The position numbers were made by a program, and so were the translations under genes. From positions 1 through 36,565 of the forward strand of contig JBEKKX010000023.1 in the NCBI GenBank assembly GCA_050010515.1: a DNA stretch of 36,565 bases. Direction: 5' to 3'. This document shows positions 8,947 to 17,489 of this stretch, piece by piece. Numbering within the stretch: position 1 is the first letter of the stretch; the number at the start of each line of letters is the position of its first letter. The stretch is from Candidatus Bathyarchaeia archaeon (GTDB lineage: Archaea; Thermoproteota; Bathyarchaeia; Bathyarchaeales; Bathycorpusculaceae). The notes beneath the pieces are model-generated. The model ran no database searches. It was not told where the DNA came from and saw nothing but the letters and a program-made list of their open reading frames with translations.

Positions 8947-9771
8947 ATGACGCAGGAAGATTTAGAAAAAAAGCAAAGTGAAAAAGTTAGTGCGGCTGTC
9001 CCGAGAAGGTCAATTTGGTCGGGAAGCATCACAATCGGTTTAGTAAATGTCCCTGTTAAATTGTATTCCATGATTTATGACAAGGGAATAAATTTCCATT
9101 TCTTGCATAAAGTTGACGGTCAACCTTTGAAATACGTTAAAATGTGCACTAAGGACGACAAGATTGTACCTTGGAACGAGGTCATGCGAGGCTATGAGGT
9201 AGCTAAAAACGAGTATATAGCATTTGATAAGAAAGAGTTAGATGCTGCAAAACCTGAATCTGACAGCCGAATTAGAATTAGCAAGTTTGTAGATTACTTC
9301 TCGGTTGACCCAATTTACTTTGATAAGACTTACGCTTTGATGCCTACAAAAAACAAGGAAGCTTACACTTTACTTTTAAGGGCGCTTGAAAGAAAAAACA
9401 AAGCTGGCGCTGCACGAATAACCCTGCGAACGAAAGAGTATCCTGCGTTGTTGCATACGTACAAGGGCGCGCTGGTTTTAACAACATTACGTTATGTTTA
9501 CGATATTGTGGACCCGCAGGATTTTGAAGAGGTCAAAAAGTTAAAGGAGCCCGATAAAGCTGAGTTAGATATGGCTATAAAAATAGTGAGTGACCTTTCA
9601 GGCGACTTTGATATTGGTGAATTTGAAGACGCTTACATGAGAAGGGTTGAAGAACTTGTAGCGCAAAAGCTGAAAGGCGAAAAAATCCAAATCGAGAAGC
9701 CGCCAGAAGTGGAAGCTAAAGGTCTCATGGTTGCGCTGCGAGAAACTCTCAAGCAGCTGGAACAGAAATGA
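8947..9771 (+). CDS. ku: Prokaryotic Ku protein
   Basis: RSIWSGSITIGLVNVPVKLY, RGYEV, VDPIYFDKTY, C-terminal LMVALRETL; no basic tail. Confidence 0.97.
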   Translation: MTQEDLEKKQSEKVSAAVPRRSIWSGSITIGLVNVPVKLYSMIYDKGINFHFLHKVDGQPLKYVKMCTKDDKIVPWNEVMRGYEVAKNEYIAFDKKELDAAKPESDSRIRISKFVDYFSVDPIYFDKTYALMPTKNKEAYTLLLRALERKNKAGAARITLRTKEYPALLHTYKGALVLTTLRYVYDIVDPQDFEEVKKLKEPDKAELDMAIKIVSDLSGDFDIGEFEDAYMRRVEELVAQKLKGEKIQIEKPPEVEAKGLMVALRETLKQLEQK

Positions 9772-11195
9772 GCCGCCACATTTACAAGCCTATGCTTGCA
9801 AAGGATGCCCCCAACCCTTTCTCGGATAAAGACTGGATTTTTGAGGTTAAATGGGATGGCTTCAGGGCCATAGCCTATATCGATGAAGAGCTTAGCATAA
9901 AAAGTCGCAATGAAAATGAATTAAAACACAACTTTCCGGAACTTGCAGAGTTAACACAGTTAGCTGATGGCTTAGTTGTTGACGGCGAAATCGTTGTGAT
10001 GAGAGAAGGCAAGCCTGACTTCCAAAGCCTACTGGAGCGTGGTCAAGCTGTTTCAGCAGGCGAGATTCAAAGGCAAGCCAAACGGGCGCCAGTAGTATAC
10101 ATTGTTTTTGATGTTTTAGAGAAGGATGACAAACCGCTCATTAAGCTTCCGTTAATGGAGCGCAAAAAGATTTTGAAGGACTCATTGAGGGAAGGCCCGC
10201 ATGTGCTCCTGTCCGATTTTATTGAGGAAAAAGGAGAAGCCTACTACCAACTAGCCTTAGAGAAGGGCTTAGAAGGAGTGGTGGCGAAAAAGAAAGATAG
10301 CCCCTATGAAGAAGGATTGCGAACTGGGAGTTGGTTGAAAATTAAAAAACTGAAAACTTGTGACTGCGTAATTTTCGGTTACACAAGAGGAGAGCAATCT
10401 AGGGAAAAAACGTTTGGCGCCTTAATTTTAGGACTTTACGATAAGGATGGCAAACCAGTTTACGTTGGCAAAGTCGGGACAGGTTTTACTGAAGAAACTC
10501 TTGGAGTTTTAAGTGTCACATTTGAAAAATTAAAAACGGAGCTTGCCCCTTTCAAGCCTGAATCTGGTGATAGGGTAACTTGGCTTGAGCCCACGCTGGT
10601 TTGTGAAGTTGCGTATCAAGTTGTAACACGGGATATGAGGTTAAGAATGCCACGTTTTAAAAGTTTAAGAGAGGACAAGTCACCAGCCGAATGCACCCTT
10701 GACCAACTAATCGAAAACAAAAAAATGGACACAGCCGAGGGCGACAGGCTCTCAGAATATGCGTCAAAACGCAATTTCAGACAGACTCCTGAGCCTAAGG
10801 GCGGAGAGAAAAAAGAAGAGAAGCTAATTTTTGTGATCCAAGAGCACCACGCAAGAAGATTGCACTATGACCTGAGGCTAGAAAGTGGTGGTGTTTTGAA
10901 GAGCTGGGCTGTTCCGAAAGGGATGCCTGAGTTTGCTGGTGAGCGGCGTTTGGCGGTGGAAACGGAGGATCATCCCTTTGAATACGCGAATTTTGAGGGC
11001 ACGATTCCTGTGGGGCAGTATGGGGCTGGGACGGTTAAAATCTGGGATAAAGGTAGTTACGAAACTAAGGTTTGGGAGAATGATAAAATTGAGTTTACGC
11101 TTAAGGGTCAAAGGCTTAAAGGACGATACATTCTTGTGCGGTTAAAGAAGGCTAAAGACGATAAGTCTTGGTTGCTGCTAAAGGGTAAAGAGTAG
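9768..11195 (+). CDS. ligD: ATP-dependent NHEJ DNA ligase with C-terminal LigD 3'-phosphoesterase (PE) domain
   Basis: Ligase motifs EVKWDG, VDGEIV, VFDVL, EGVVAK, WLKIK and OB domain GKVGTGF...RMPRF; PE motifs YASKRNFRQTPEP, QEHHARRLHYDLRLE, SWAVPKG, TEDHPFEY, YGAGTVKIWDKG. Confidence 0.96.
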   Translation: MSRHIYKPMLAKDAPNPFSDKDWIFEVKWDGFRAIAYIDEELSIKSRNENELKHNFPELAELTQLADGLVVDGEIVVMREGKPDFQSLLERGQAVSAGEIQRQAKRAPVVYIVFDVLEKDDKPLIKLPLMERKKILKDSLREGPHVLLSDFIEEKGEAYYQLALEKGLEGVVAKKKDSPYEEGLRTGSWLKIKKLKTCDCVIFGYTRGEQSREKTFGALILGLYDKDGKPVYVGKVGTGFTEETLGVLSVTFEKLKTELAPFKPESGDRVTWLEPTLVCEVAYQVVTRDMRLRMPRFKSLREDKSPAECTLDQLIENKKMDTAEGDRLSEYASKRNFRQTPEPKGGEKKEEKLIFVIQEHHARRLHYDLRLESGGVLKSWAVPKGMPEFAGERRLAVETEDHPFEYANFEGTIPVGQYGAGTVKIWDKGSYETKVWENDKIEFTLKGQRLKGRYILVRLKKAKDDKSWLLLKGKE

Positions 11196-11196
11196 C

Positions 11197-11940
11197 ATGC
11201 AAAACCTTCATTTAGGCACTATAGGCTGGAGCTACAGCTTCTGGAAGGGCAATTTTTACCCGAATAAAACTGCGTCCAAAGATTTTTTGGCTTATTACGC
11301 AACCAAATTCAGTACTGTTGAGGTTGATAGTACATTCTATCGGATTCCAAACCGGCAAGCCATAGCCAACTGGAAAGAGCAAACACCTGATGGCTTCAGT
11401 TTTTCGCTGAAGTTTCCAGGAGTTATAACGCATATTAAAATGCTCAAGGATTGCCAGAGTGAAACTGGCCTTTTTCTTGAAAGAACAAAAATACTGAAAG
11501 AAAAGCTTGGACCTTTGCTGTTGCAGTTTCCCCCTAGTTTTGGAATTGAGCGCTTATCCAGTTTGGCTGGCTTCTTGCATAAGCTTCCTAAGACTCAGCG
11601 TTACGCGGTTGAGGTGCGGGATGAAGGGTTTCTTAATGACGCGTTTTATTCGCTTTTAAGAGATAGCAATGTTGCTTTGGCATGGGTTGATAATCCCTTT
11701 ATGCCCAACATCAGCGAAGTAACTTCTGATTTTTTGTATGTTAGGTGGGAGGGAGACCGGAAAAAAGTTAAAGGAACTTTAGGTAAAATAGAAGTTGATG
11801 TCCAAGAGAGCTTGCGGTTGTGGGCAGACAAAATAAAGCCTTATTTAAGCAAAGAAATGAACGTTTTCGGCTATTTCGGTAAATATTATTCAGGCTATCC
11901 TCCTTCAGACATAAATTTACTTTTAAATCTCTTATTGTAG
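11197..11940 (+). CDS. DUF72 (YecE-like) protein
   Basis: GTIGWSY, VEVDSTFYRIP, LKFPGVITH, LGPLLLQFPPSF, AVEVR, YVRW; starts 1 nt after the ligase stop. Confidence 0.93.
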   Translation: MQNLHLGTIGWSYSFWKGNFYPNKTASKDFLAYYATKFSTVEVDSTFYRIPNRQAIANWKEQTPDGFSFSLKFPGVITHIKMLKDCQSETGLFLERTKILKEKLGPLLLQFPPSFGIERLSSLAGFLHKLPKTQRYAVEVRDEGFLNDAFYSLLRDSNVALAWVDNPFMPNISEVTSDFLYVRWEGDRKKVKGTLGKIEVDVQESLRLWADKIKPYLSKEMNVFGYFGKYYSGYPPSDINLLLNLLL

Positions 11941-11942
11941 AG

Positions 11943-11953
11943 TTTTTTTTATT
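11943..11953 (+). terminator. Archaeal oligo-T terminator of the NHEJ operon
   Basis: T8 run directly after the DUF72 stop. Confidence 0.55.
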
Positions 11954-12247
11954 TGGAGTTTCGCTTTTGGATGTAATGGCGCAGTTGGAGGAGCCCCGTC
12001 GAGGTTTCATTTTGTGTCTGATGTTGGGAAGGGGCTAAGTGTTGTTTGATTTACGTGGAAGAGGAAGCTTGCAATGGTAAAAATGGTTTTGCACAATAAT
12101 AGGTGGTTTAGGCTTTATTGTGCAGTTCAGACCTAAAATTTTCATGGTGATTTAAATAGGAAGGCTCATGCGCGGAAGAGTTGCTGGTGGAAAGGCGAAA
12201 AGAACAAAAGTTTGTTCCTTGATAAACCTCTTTATTGGTTGAGATGT

Positions 12248-12862
12248 ATGTTTTTTAAACAAATTCAACAGCACGGCGATAACTTTTCGTACATTATAGC
12301 GGACGAAGATACTAAAGAAGCGGCGGTTGTGGATTCAAGCTTTAACTCCAGCGAAATAATCAAGGTTTTAAAAGCTGAAAAATTCAATTTAAAGTACATC
12401 ATAAATACTCATGGACACTCCGACCATACTGCTGGAAACACAGAGTTAGCCTCTATTTTTGGGGCGAAATTGGTTGCTTATAAATTGTCAAAATTGACTT
12501 GCGATGTTGCAGTTGAAGATGGCGATGTGTTAACTGTTGGCGGGGTTTCGATAAAGGTGATTTATACGCCGGGGCACACTGTGGACAGTATTTGCTTGCT
12601 AGTGGATAATAAGAAGCTGTTGACTGGTGACACTTTATTTGTGGGTGAATGTGGAAGGACAGACTTGCCTGGCGGCAGCTCCAAAACAATGTATGACAGT
12701 TTGTTCAATAAGCTCCTAAAACTGAATGATTCTGTGGAAGTTTATCCGGGGCATGATTATGGGTTGAAGCCTTCGTCAACCATTGGCGAGGAAAAAAAGT
12801 CTAATTATACGTTGCAGCCGAGGAGCCTTGAAGATTTTATCGCGTTTATGAAGGAATTGTAA
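12248..12862 (+). CDS. MBL-fold metallo-hydrolase (glyoxalase II/ETHE1-like)
   Basis: THGHSDH, TPGHT, TGDTLF, GRTDLPGG, YPGHDY; ATG 12248 is the probable start. Confidence 0.92.
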   Translation: MFFKQIQQHGDNFSYIIADEDTKEAAVVDSSFNSSEIIKVLKAEKFNLKYIINTHGHSDHTAGNTELASIFGAKLVAYKLSKLTCDVAVEDGDVLTVGGVSIKVIYTPGHTVDSICLLVDNKKLLTGDTLFVGECGRTDLPGGSSKTMYDSLFNKLLKLNDSVEVYPGHDYGLKPSSTIGEEKKSNYTLQPRSLEDFIAFMKEL

Positions 12863-13337
12863 GCTTTCTTGTTTTTGTTTTTCTTGGGTATATGGCGATA
12901 ACAATTAACACTGCTGTGTAGGCTAGGATGATGGCTAAGACTTCAGGGTGAATGAGGATTCCACCCATTAAAACTAGATTGCGGCTGGGATGATAGGGGG
13001 TTTTAGGGAGCGGTTTGGCTTTCCATTTTTTTAAATAATAATTGTTGTACTGTTTAAGTTACATAGGGTTGCTTGAGATACTTTTTTAGTTGGTTGTGTT
13101 CTAAACTATGAGTTTATAGCTTAGCGAGTAAGCATGGTTAAACAAACCTTAAAAGAGTTTAAGAACACATAATGAGCTGTAGTGCAGAATGCTTCGATTT
13201 CGCCTTAGGAAAAAGATACTGGTAAAATTAGAGGCTTTGGGTGTTTGGATGTGGCTTAGAGCTTTGCGAATAAATCTTTTAGCTCAATCACTCAAAAACA
13301 TACTCTTAATATCGGGTAAAGCATTAATTGAGGCTGG

Positions 13338-14573
13338 ATGCAAATGATACTTTTTGATATCATTTCTATCATTTTGCTTTCGGTCTTGCTTTTTTGGACA
13401 GTGTATAATGGCTCAATTATATACGTTGGTATAAGAAGTAGACGCAAGCACCCCCAAAGTAATTATGCGAATGAGGAGCCAAAGTTTTCAATTATTGTGC
13501 CGACCAAGGATGAAGAAGCTGTTATTGGTCGCTGTTTGAATGGTTTACTTGATTTGGATTATCCGAAGGACAAGTTGGAAATTATAATAGTGGATGGGAA
13601 TTCGACTGACGACACTTGCAAGGTGTGCTCGGATTTTTCAGCGAAGTATCCTGGAACCTTTAAGATTGTTAATGAAAAGGAATCTAAAGGCAAGCCTGCG
13701 GCTCTCAACCTTGCATTGCCCTATGCAACAGGAGAAATTGTGGGAGTTTTTGATGCTGACAGTGTTCCGGAAAAGGATGTGCTTAGAAAAGTTGCGTCGT
13801 ATCTTGGAGATAAGCAATTAATGGCTGTGCAGGGCAGAACTACCTCGCTGAATGAGAAAAAAAACATTTTGACAAGGGTCGTCGCGGCGGAAGAGAAAGC
13901 TTGGTTCCAGGCTTTGCTTAGCGGAAGAGAAAAGTTGAAGCTGTTTGTTCCTTTAAACGGTAGTTGCCAATTCATAAGGCGTAACGCGCTGGAAGAGTTA
14001 GACGGGTGGGATGAGACTTCTCTTACGGAAGATGTGGAGTTAGCTTTGCGGCTTGTTGAAAAAAAGCATCAGATAAAGTATGCTGAAGATGTTTGCTGCG
14101 GGCAGGAAACACCTAATGGTTTAAGAGACTTCGTCAAGCAGCGGGTTCGTTGGTATAGAGGATATATGGAGACGGCTTTAAAATATGGGCGTCTTCTTGA
14201 TACTCTAAATAAGAAGACGGTGGATGCCGAAATTTCGCTTGCTGGACCATTTATGATGGTTGTGTCGTTGCTTAGCTACGTGAACTGGTTTTTCCTTGCG
14301 TTGTTTCTCTCCGAAAGCAACCCGATAATAAATTTCACAGGGCTAGTTATAGCTTTAACTGCGGTTTCCTTGCTTTCAGTCGGTGTTGGGTTAACTGCAT
14401 CCGAGAAGCCCGTGAAGCTTCGAAATCTGCTGTGGGTTCCTGCAATTTACGTTTATTGGCTTATTCAGATGTGTATTGCGGGGTGGGCTTTTCTGAAATT
14501 AATATTTAGGCGGAAGAGGGTTTGGAATAAAACGGTTAAAAAGGGATTCATAACACTCAACATTGCTAAGTAG
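13338..14573 (+). CDS. Processive GT2 glycan synthase (PgaC/IcaA/cellulose-synthase-like)
   Basis: N-terminal TM; GKPAALN, FDADS, LTEDVE, QRVRW (D,D,D,QxxRW); C-terminal TMs. Confidence 0.9.
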   Translation: MQMILFDIISIILLSVLLFWTVYNGSIIYVGIRSRRKHPQSNYANEEPKFSIIVPTKDEEAVIGRCLNGLLDLDYPKDKLEIIIVDGNSTDDTCKVCSDFSAKYPGTFKIVNEKESKGKPAALNLALPYATGEIVGVFDADSVPEKDVLRKVASYLGDKQLMAVQGRTTSLNEKKNILTRVVAAEEKAWFQALLSGREKLKLFVPLNGSCQFIRRNALEELDGWDETSLTEDVELALRLVEKKHQIKYAEDVCCGQETPNGLRDFVKQRVRWYRGYMETALKYGRLLDTLNKKTVDAEISLAGPFMMVVSLLSYVNWFFLALFLSESNPIINFTGLVIALTAVSLLSVGVGLTASEKPVKLRNLLWVPAIYVYWLIQMCIAGWAFLKLIFRRKRVWNKTVKKGFITLNIAK

Positions 14574-14826
14574 CCCTGGGTGGTTTGAAGTTCTAGGTTC
14601 TGCTGGAAAAGATGCTTGAAACCTAAAACCTCTTAAGATTGAATATCTATGTAACTTCAAACTGGGAAGGGGCAAGTTTAATATATTTAACCTTGAGAAC
14701 GCCTTAAAGACGTTTCAGGAAACAATATGGATGATTACTAAGGAAAAGATAACTGCGATTTGCTTTACCGTGATATCGCTTGGCACCTCACAAGTATCCG
14801 GTTCCTCACGCCTGTAGACAGGGAGA

Positions 14827-15972
14827 ATGGTGTGGTTGAGGGTCTGTTTTGTCTCTTCTTATCCACCCAACCGAGCTCGTTTAAGCGAATATGCCCAGAA
14901 TTTGGTGAGCGCCCTAGCAGGCAGACCAGCGATAGATACCCTCTATCTTTTAGTTGACAAAAGCAACCGTTCAGGGAAAGTATTACCGGAAGACCCTAAG
15001 GTTAGGGTTTTGAGGGTTTGGAAAGCTGATAATTTGCTTTCAGTACTAAGCGTAATGTACTACATTTTGAAGCTGAGACCTGATGTTGTGCATTTTAATG
15101 TGAGTTTCCAGAGTTTTGGGAAGAATAAACTTACCAACGTTACTGGTTTGTCTCTGATTCTTCTTTGTCGTCTTCTCGGTTTTCGTGTTCTAGCTGGGGT
15201 GCATACGCTTGGGGAAAAGGCGGATTTAGAGAAGTTTCATCTAAAGGATAGTTTGCTTAACAGAGTTGGGATTCTTATAGCTACAAAGATTATCCTTTCC
15301 GCTCAGAGCGTAGTGGTGCTTGTTCGCTCCTACGGTGATTTTTTGAAGAAACGTTACGGTCACAAGGGGGTTCAGTACATACCTCATGGCGCCTCAGTGG
15401 ACCCACATCTGAAAGTGAATACTAATGAAAAGGTCATCTTAATTTTCGGTCACATGGGACCACATAAGGGGCTTCCATTAATGTTTGAGGCTTTTGAAAA
15501 AATTGTGAAGGAAAAAGGCAACATCAAACTGTTGGTTGCTGGTTCAAATCACCCAAACTTTCCCAATTACCTTGAAAAATTTGTCAAAGCACATACTCCG
15601 AACGTTGAATTCTCAGGTTATGTCCCTCAGGAGAAACTTGGGTCTGTTTTTAGAATGACTGACGTGGTAGTTCTGCCTTACAATGCTGCGCCAGGAACAA
15701 GCGGTGTATTTCATCTAGCCTGTGGCTATGGGCGACCAATTGTAGCTTCTGATCTGCCCGAAATTAGAGAACTGGTTGATGATGGTGCTTCAGCAATTCT
15801 GGTGCCTCCTGGTGACGTAGACGCTTTAAAGGATGCGATTTTGACGGTTCTCTTTAACAAAGAGATATCTGCTAAGATGAGTGAGCAGAACTTGAATTTT
15901 GCTCAGAGAGAAAGCTGGAGTTCCGTAGCAAAAGCTTACGAGGACACTTACCTGGCGCTTTTACGTTGCTAA
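14827..15972 (+). CDS. GT4 glycosyltransferase
   Basis: SSYPP, IPHG, FGHMGPHKG, VVVLPY...TSGV, GRPIVASD. Confidence 0.92.
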   Translation: MVWLRVCFVSSYPPNRARLSEYAQNLVSALAGRPAIDTLYLLVDKSNRSGKVLPEDPKVRVLRVWKADNLLSVLSVMYYILKLRPDVVHFNVSFQSFGKNKLTNVTGLSLILLCRLLGFRVLAGVHTLGEKADLEKFHLKDSLLNRVGILIATKIILSAQSVVVLVRSYGDFLKKRYGHKGVQYIPHGASVDPHLKVNTNEKVILIFGHMGPHKGLPLMFEAFEKIVKEKGNIKLLVAGSNHPNFPNYLEKFVKAHTPNVEFSGYVPQEKLGSVFRMTDVVVLPYNAAPGTSGVFHLACGYGRPIVASDLPEIRELVDDGASAILVPPGDVDALKDAILTVLFNKEISAKMSEQNLNFAQRESWSSVAKAYEDTYLALLRC

Positions 15973-16151
15973 TGATTTGTAAACAGAGCAGAAGTGGTTT
16001 ATTCTGGCGTATTTTTGCTTTTCATCAAGTTTGTAAGTGTAGCGAAGGCTGTTTTGCAGTAGAATTATATTTGAATAAGGCAAATAGTATAGGAGAAGCT
16101 TAATTGGGAATGCTGCGTGTTGTTTGTAAAGTTTCGGATTCAGTTAGTTAA

Positions 16152-17429
16152 GTGGGAGGCGTGTTGCTGAAGGCCATAAAGTTTCATGTGTCGATGGTGT
16201 TTGCGGTGATTATGGTCGTCGTGGTTGCTTCGCAGGGCATTTGGCTTGCAGAAAACTCCTCAGTTAATCAAGTTAATCAAAATCCTCCAGTTGTCGATAA
16301 TACAGCGTATTGGATGAGTTTGGCTACTAATGCCTGGCAATATTTTCAGGTTGGAAACAACGTAAACTCTGCAACTGGGCTACATGCTGCGGGGCAGGAT
16401 TACCCCTACTTTACTGATTGGGATTTAGGTGTTTACATTCAAGCGATTATTGACGCTGAGAAACTGGGCATAATAAGTAACAATGGGACTTATGGTGCCG
16501 ATTGGAGATTCAATAAAATATTAGCATTCCTTGAAACTCGTCCATTAACGAGTGATGGTCAGCCTTATGATAGGTATTGTACAGCAAATGGGCAGAATCA
16601 AGATGATTCAGCTCAGGTTGCTGCTGATGCTGGTAATTTGCTTGTGGCTCTTAATAACTTGAAGGATTATAGGCCTGATTTAGCAAGCAGCATTAATTAT
16701 ATCGTGTATAATCGCACCAATTATGGACCCGAGCGCGAAGCTGTCAGCGAGTCAACTGGCTCCGTTAATATCTATGACTATTATGTCGCGTGTGGGTTTG
16801 CGGATTTTTGGCCTAGCCAGTTTTCTTCAGAAGCAAACACTATCCTTAACAACATTGTTAATGCTCCTACAGTCGAAACTTATGGTGTTGCGTTGCCGAA
16901 AGCTGAAGTAACGTCTGAGCCTTTGCTTCTTTCCATTTTTAATTTTCAACAACCTGACGCAAGGTTGCTGAATTTGTCAAGGCAAGTTTACCTTGCTGAG
17001 GAAGCGAGGTATAATGCAACGGGAAAATACACAGCTTTTAGTGAGGGAAATATTGTAGGGGTGAATGGTGTAACTTACGTGTGGGAGTGGGTGGTGTTGC
17101 CTAATGGAAGTACATGGGTTATTGAGAAGGATGAAACGTCAGTTATTTCCGTGACGCCGGTTGTTTATTTGAAGGTAGCGGTTGGCTTGGATGCACTTTA
17201 TAATACAAAATACACACAGAGCATGGTTGATGCAATTAAGCCTGTTTCCCTTACAAAAAGTGGGTACCGAGATGGTGTTAATGAAAATGGTCAGGTGGTT
17301 TCGACCGTGATTGATAAAACTAATGAGTTGATCTTGGCGGCTGCATTATACGCAATAAATAACAATGTCAGTGCTCCTTATCCCTCGCAGGTTTCTTCAC
17401 AAAGCAAAAATTGGCTTCTCGTTGCATAA
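16152..17429 (+). CDS. Secreted or membrane-anchored DUF3131-like glycoside-hydrolase-fold protein
   Basis: N-terminal signal anchor; AWQYF...TGL...YPYFTDWDLGVY...AEKLGII, TSEP, TAFSEG and TNELIL motifs match my recollection of DUF3131. Confidence 0.7.
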   Translation: MGGVLLKAIKFHVSMVFAVIMVVVVASQGIWLAENSSVNQVNQNPPVVDNTAYWMSLATNAWQYFQVGNNVNSATGLHAAGQDYPYFTDWDLGVYIQAIIDAEKLGIISNNGTYGADWRFNKILAFLETRPLTSDGQPYDRYCTANGQNQDDSAQVAADAGNLLVALNNLKDYRPDLASSINYIVYNRTNYGPEREAVSESTGSVNIYDYYVACGFADFWPSQFSSEANTILNNIVNAPTVETYGVALPKAEVTSEPLLLSIFNFQQPDARLLNLSRQVYLAEEARYNATGKYTAFSEGNIVGVNGVTYVWEWVVLPNGSTWVIEKDETSVISVTPVVYLKVAVGLDALYNTKYTQSMVDAIKPVSLTKSGYRDGVNENGQVVSTVIDKTNELILAAALYAINNNVSAPYPSQVSSQSKNWLLVA

Positions 17430-17489
17430 CGTTTTCTCTGTTGCATTTTAGGAAAAATTTAACTTCTTCAAATCCGAGTTGTAAGTGAC

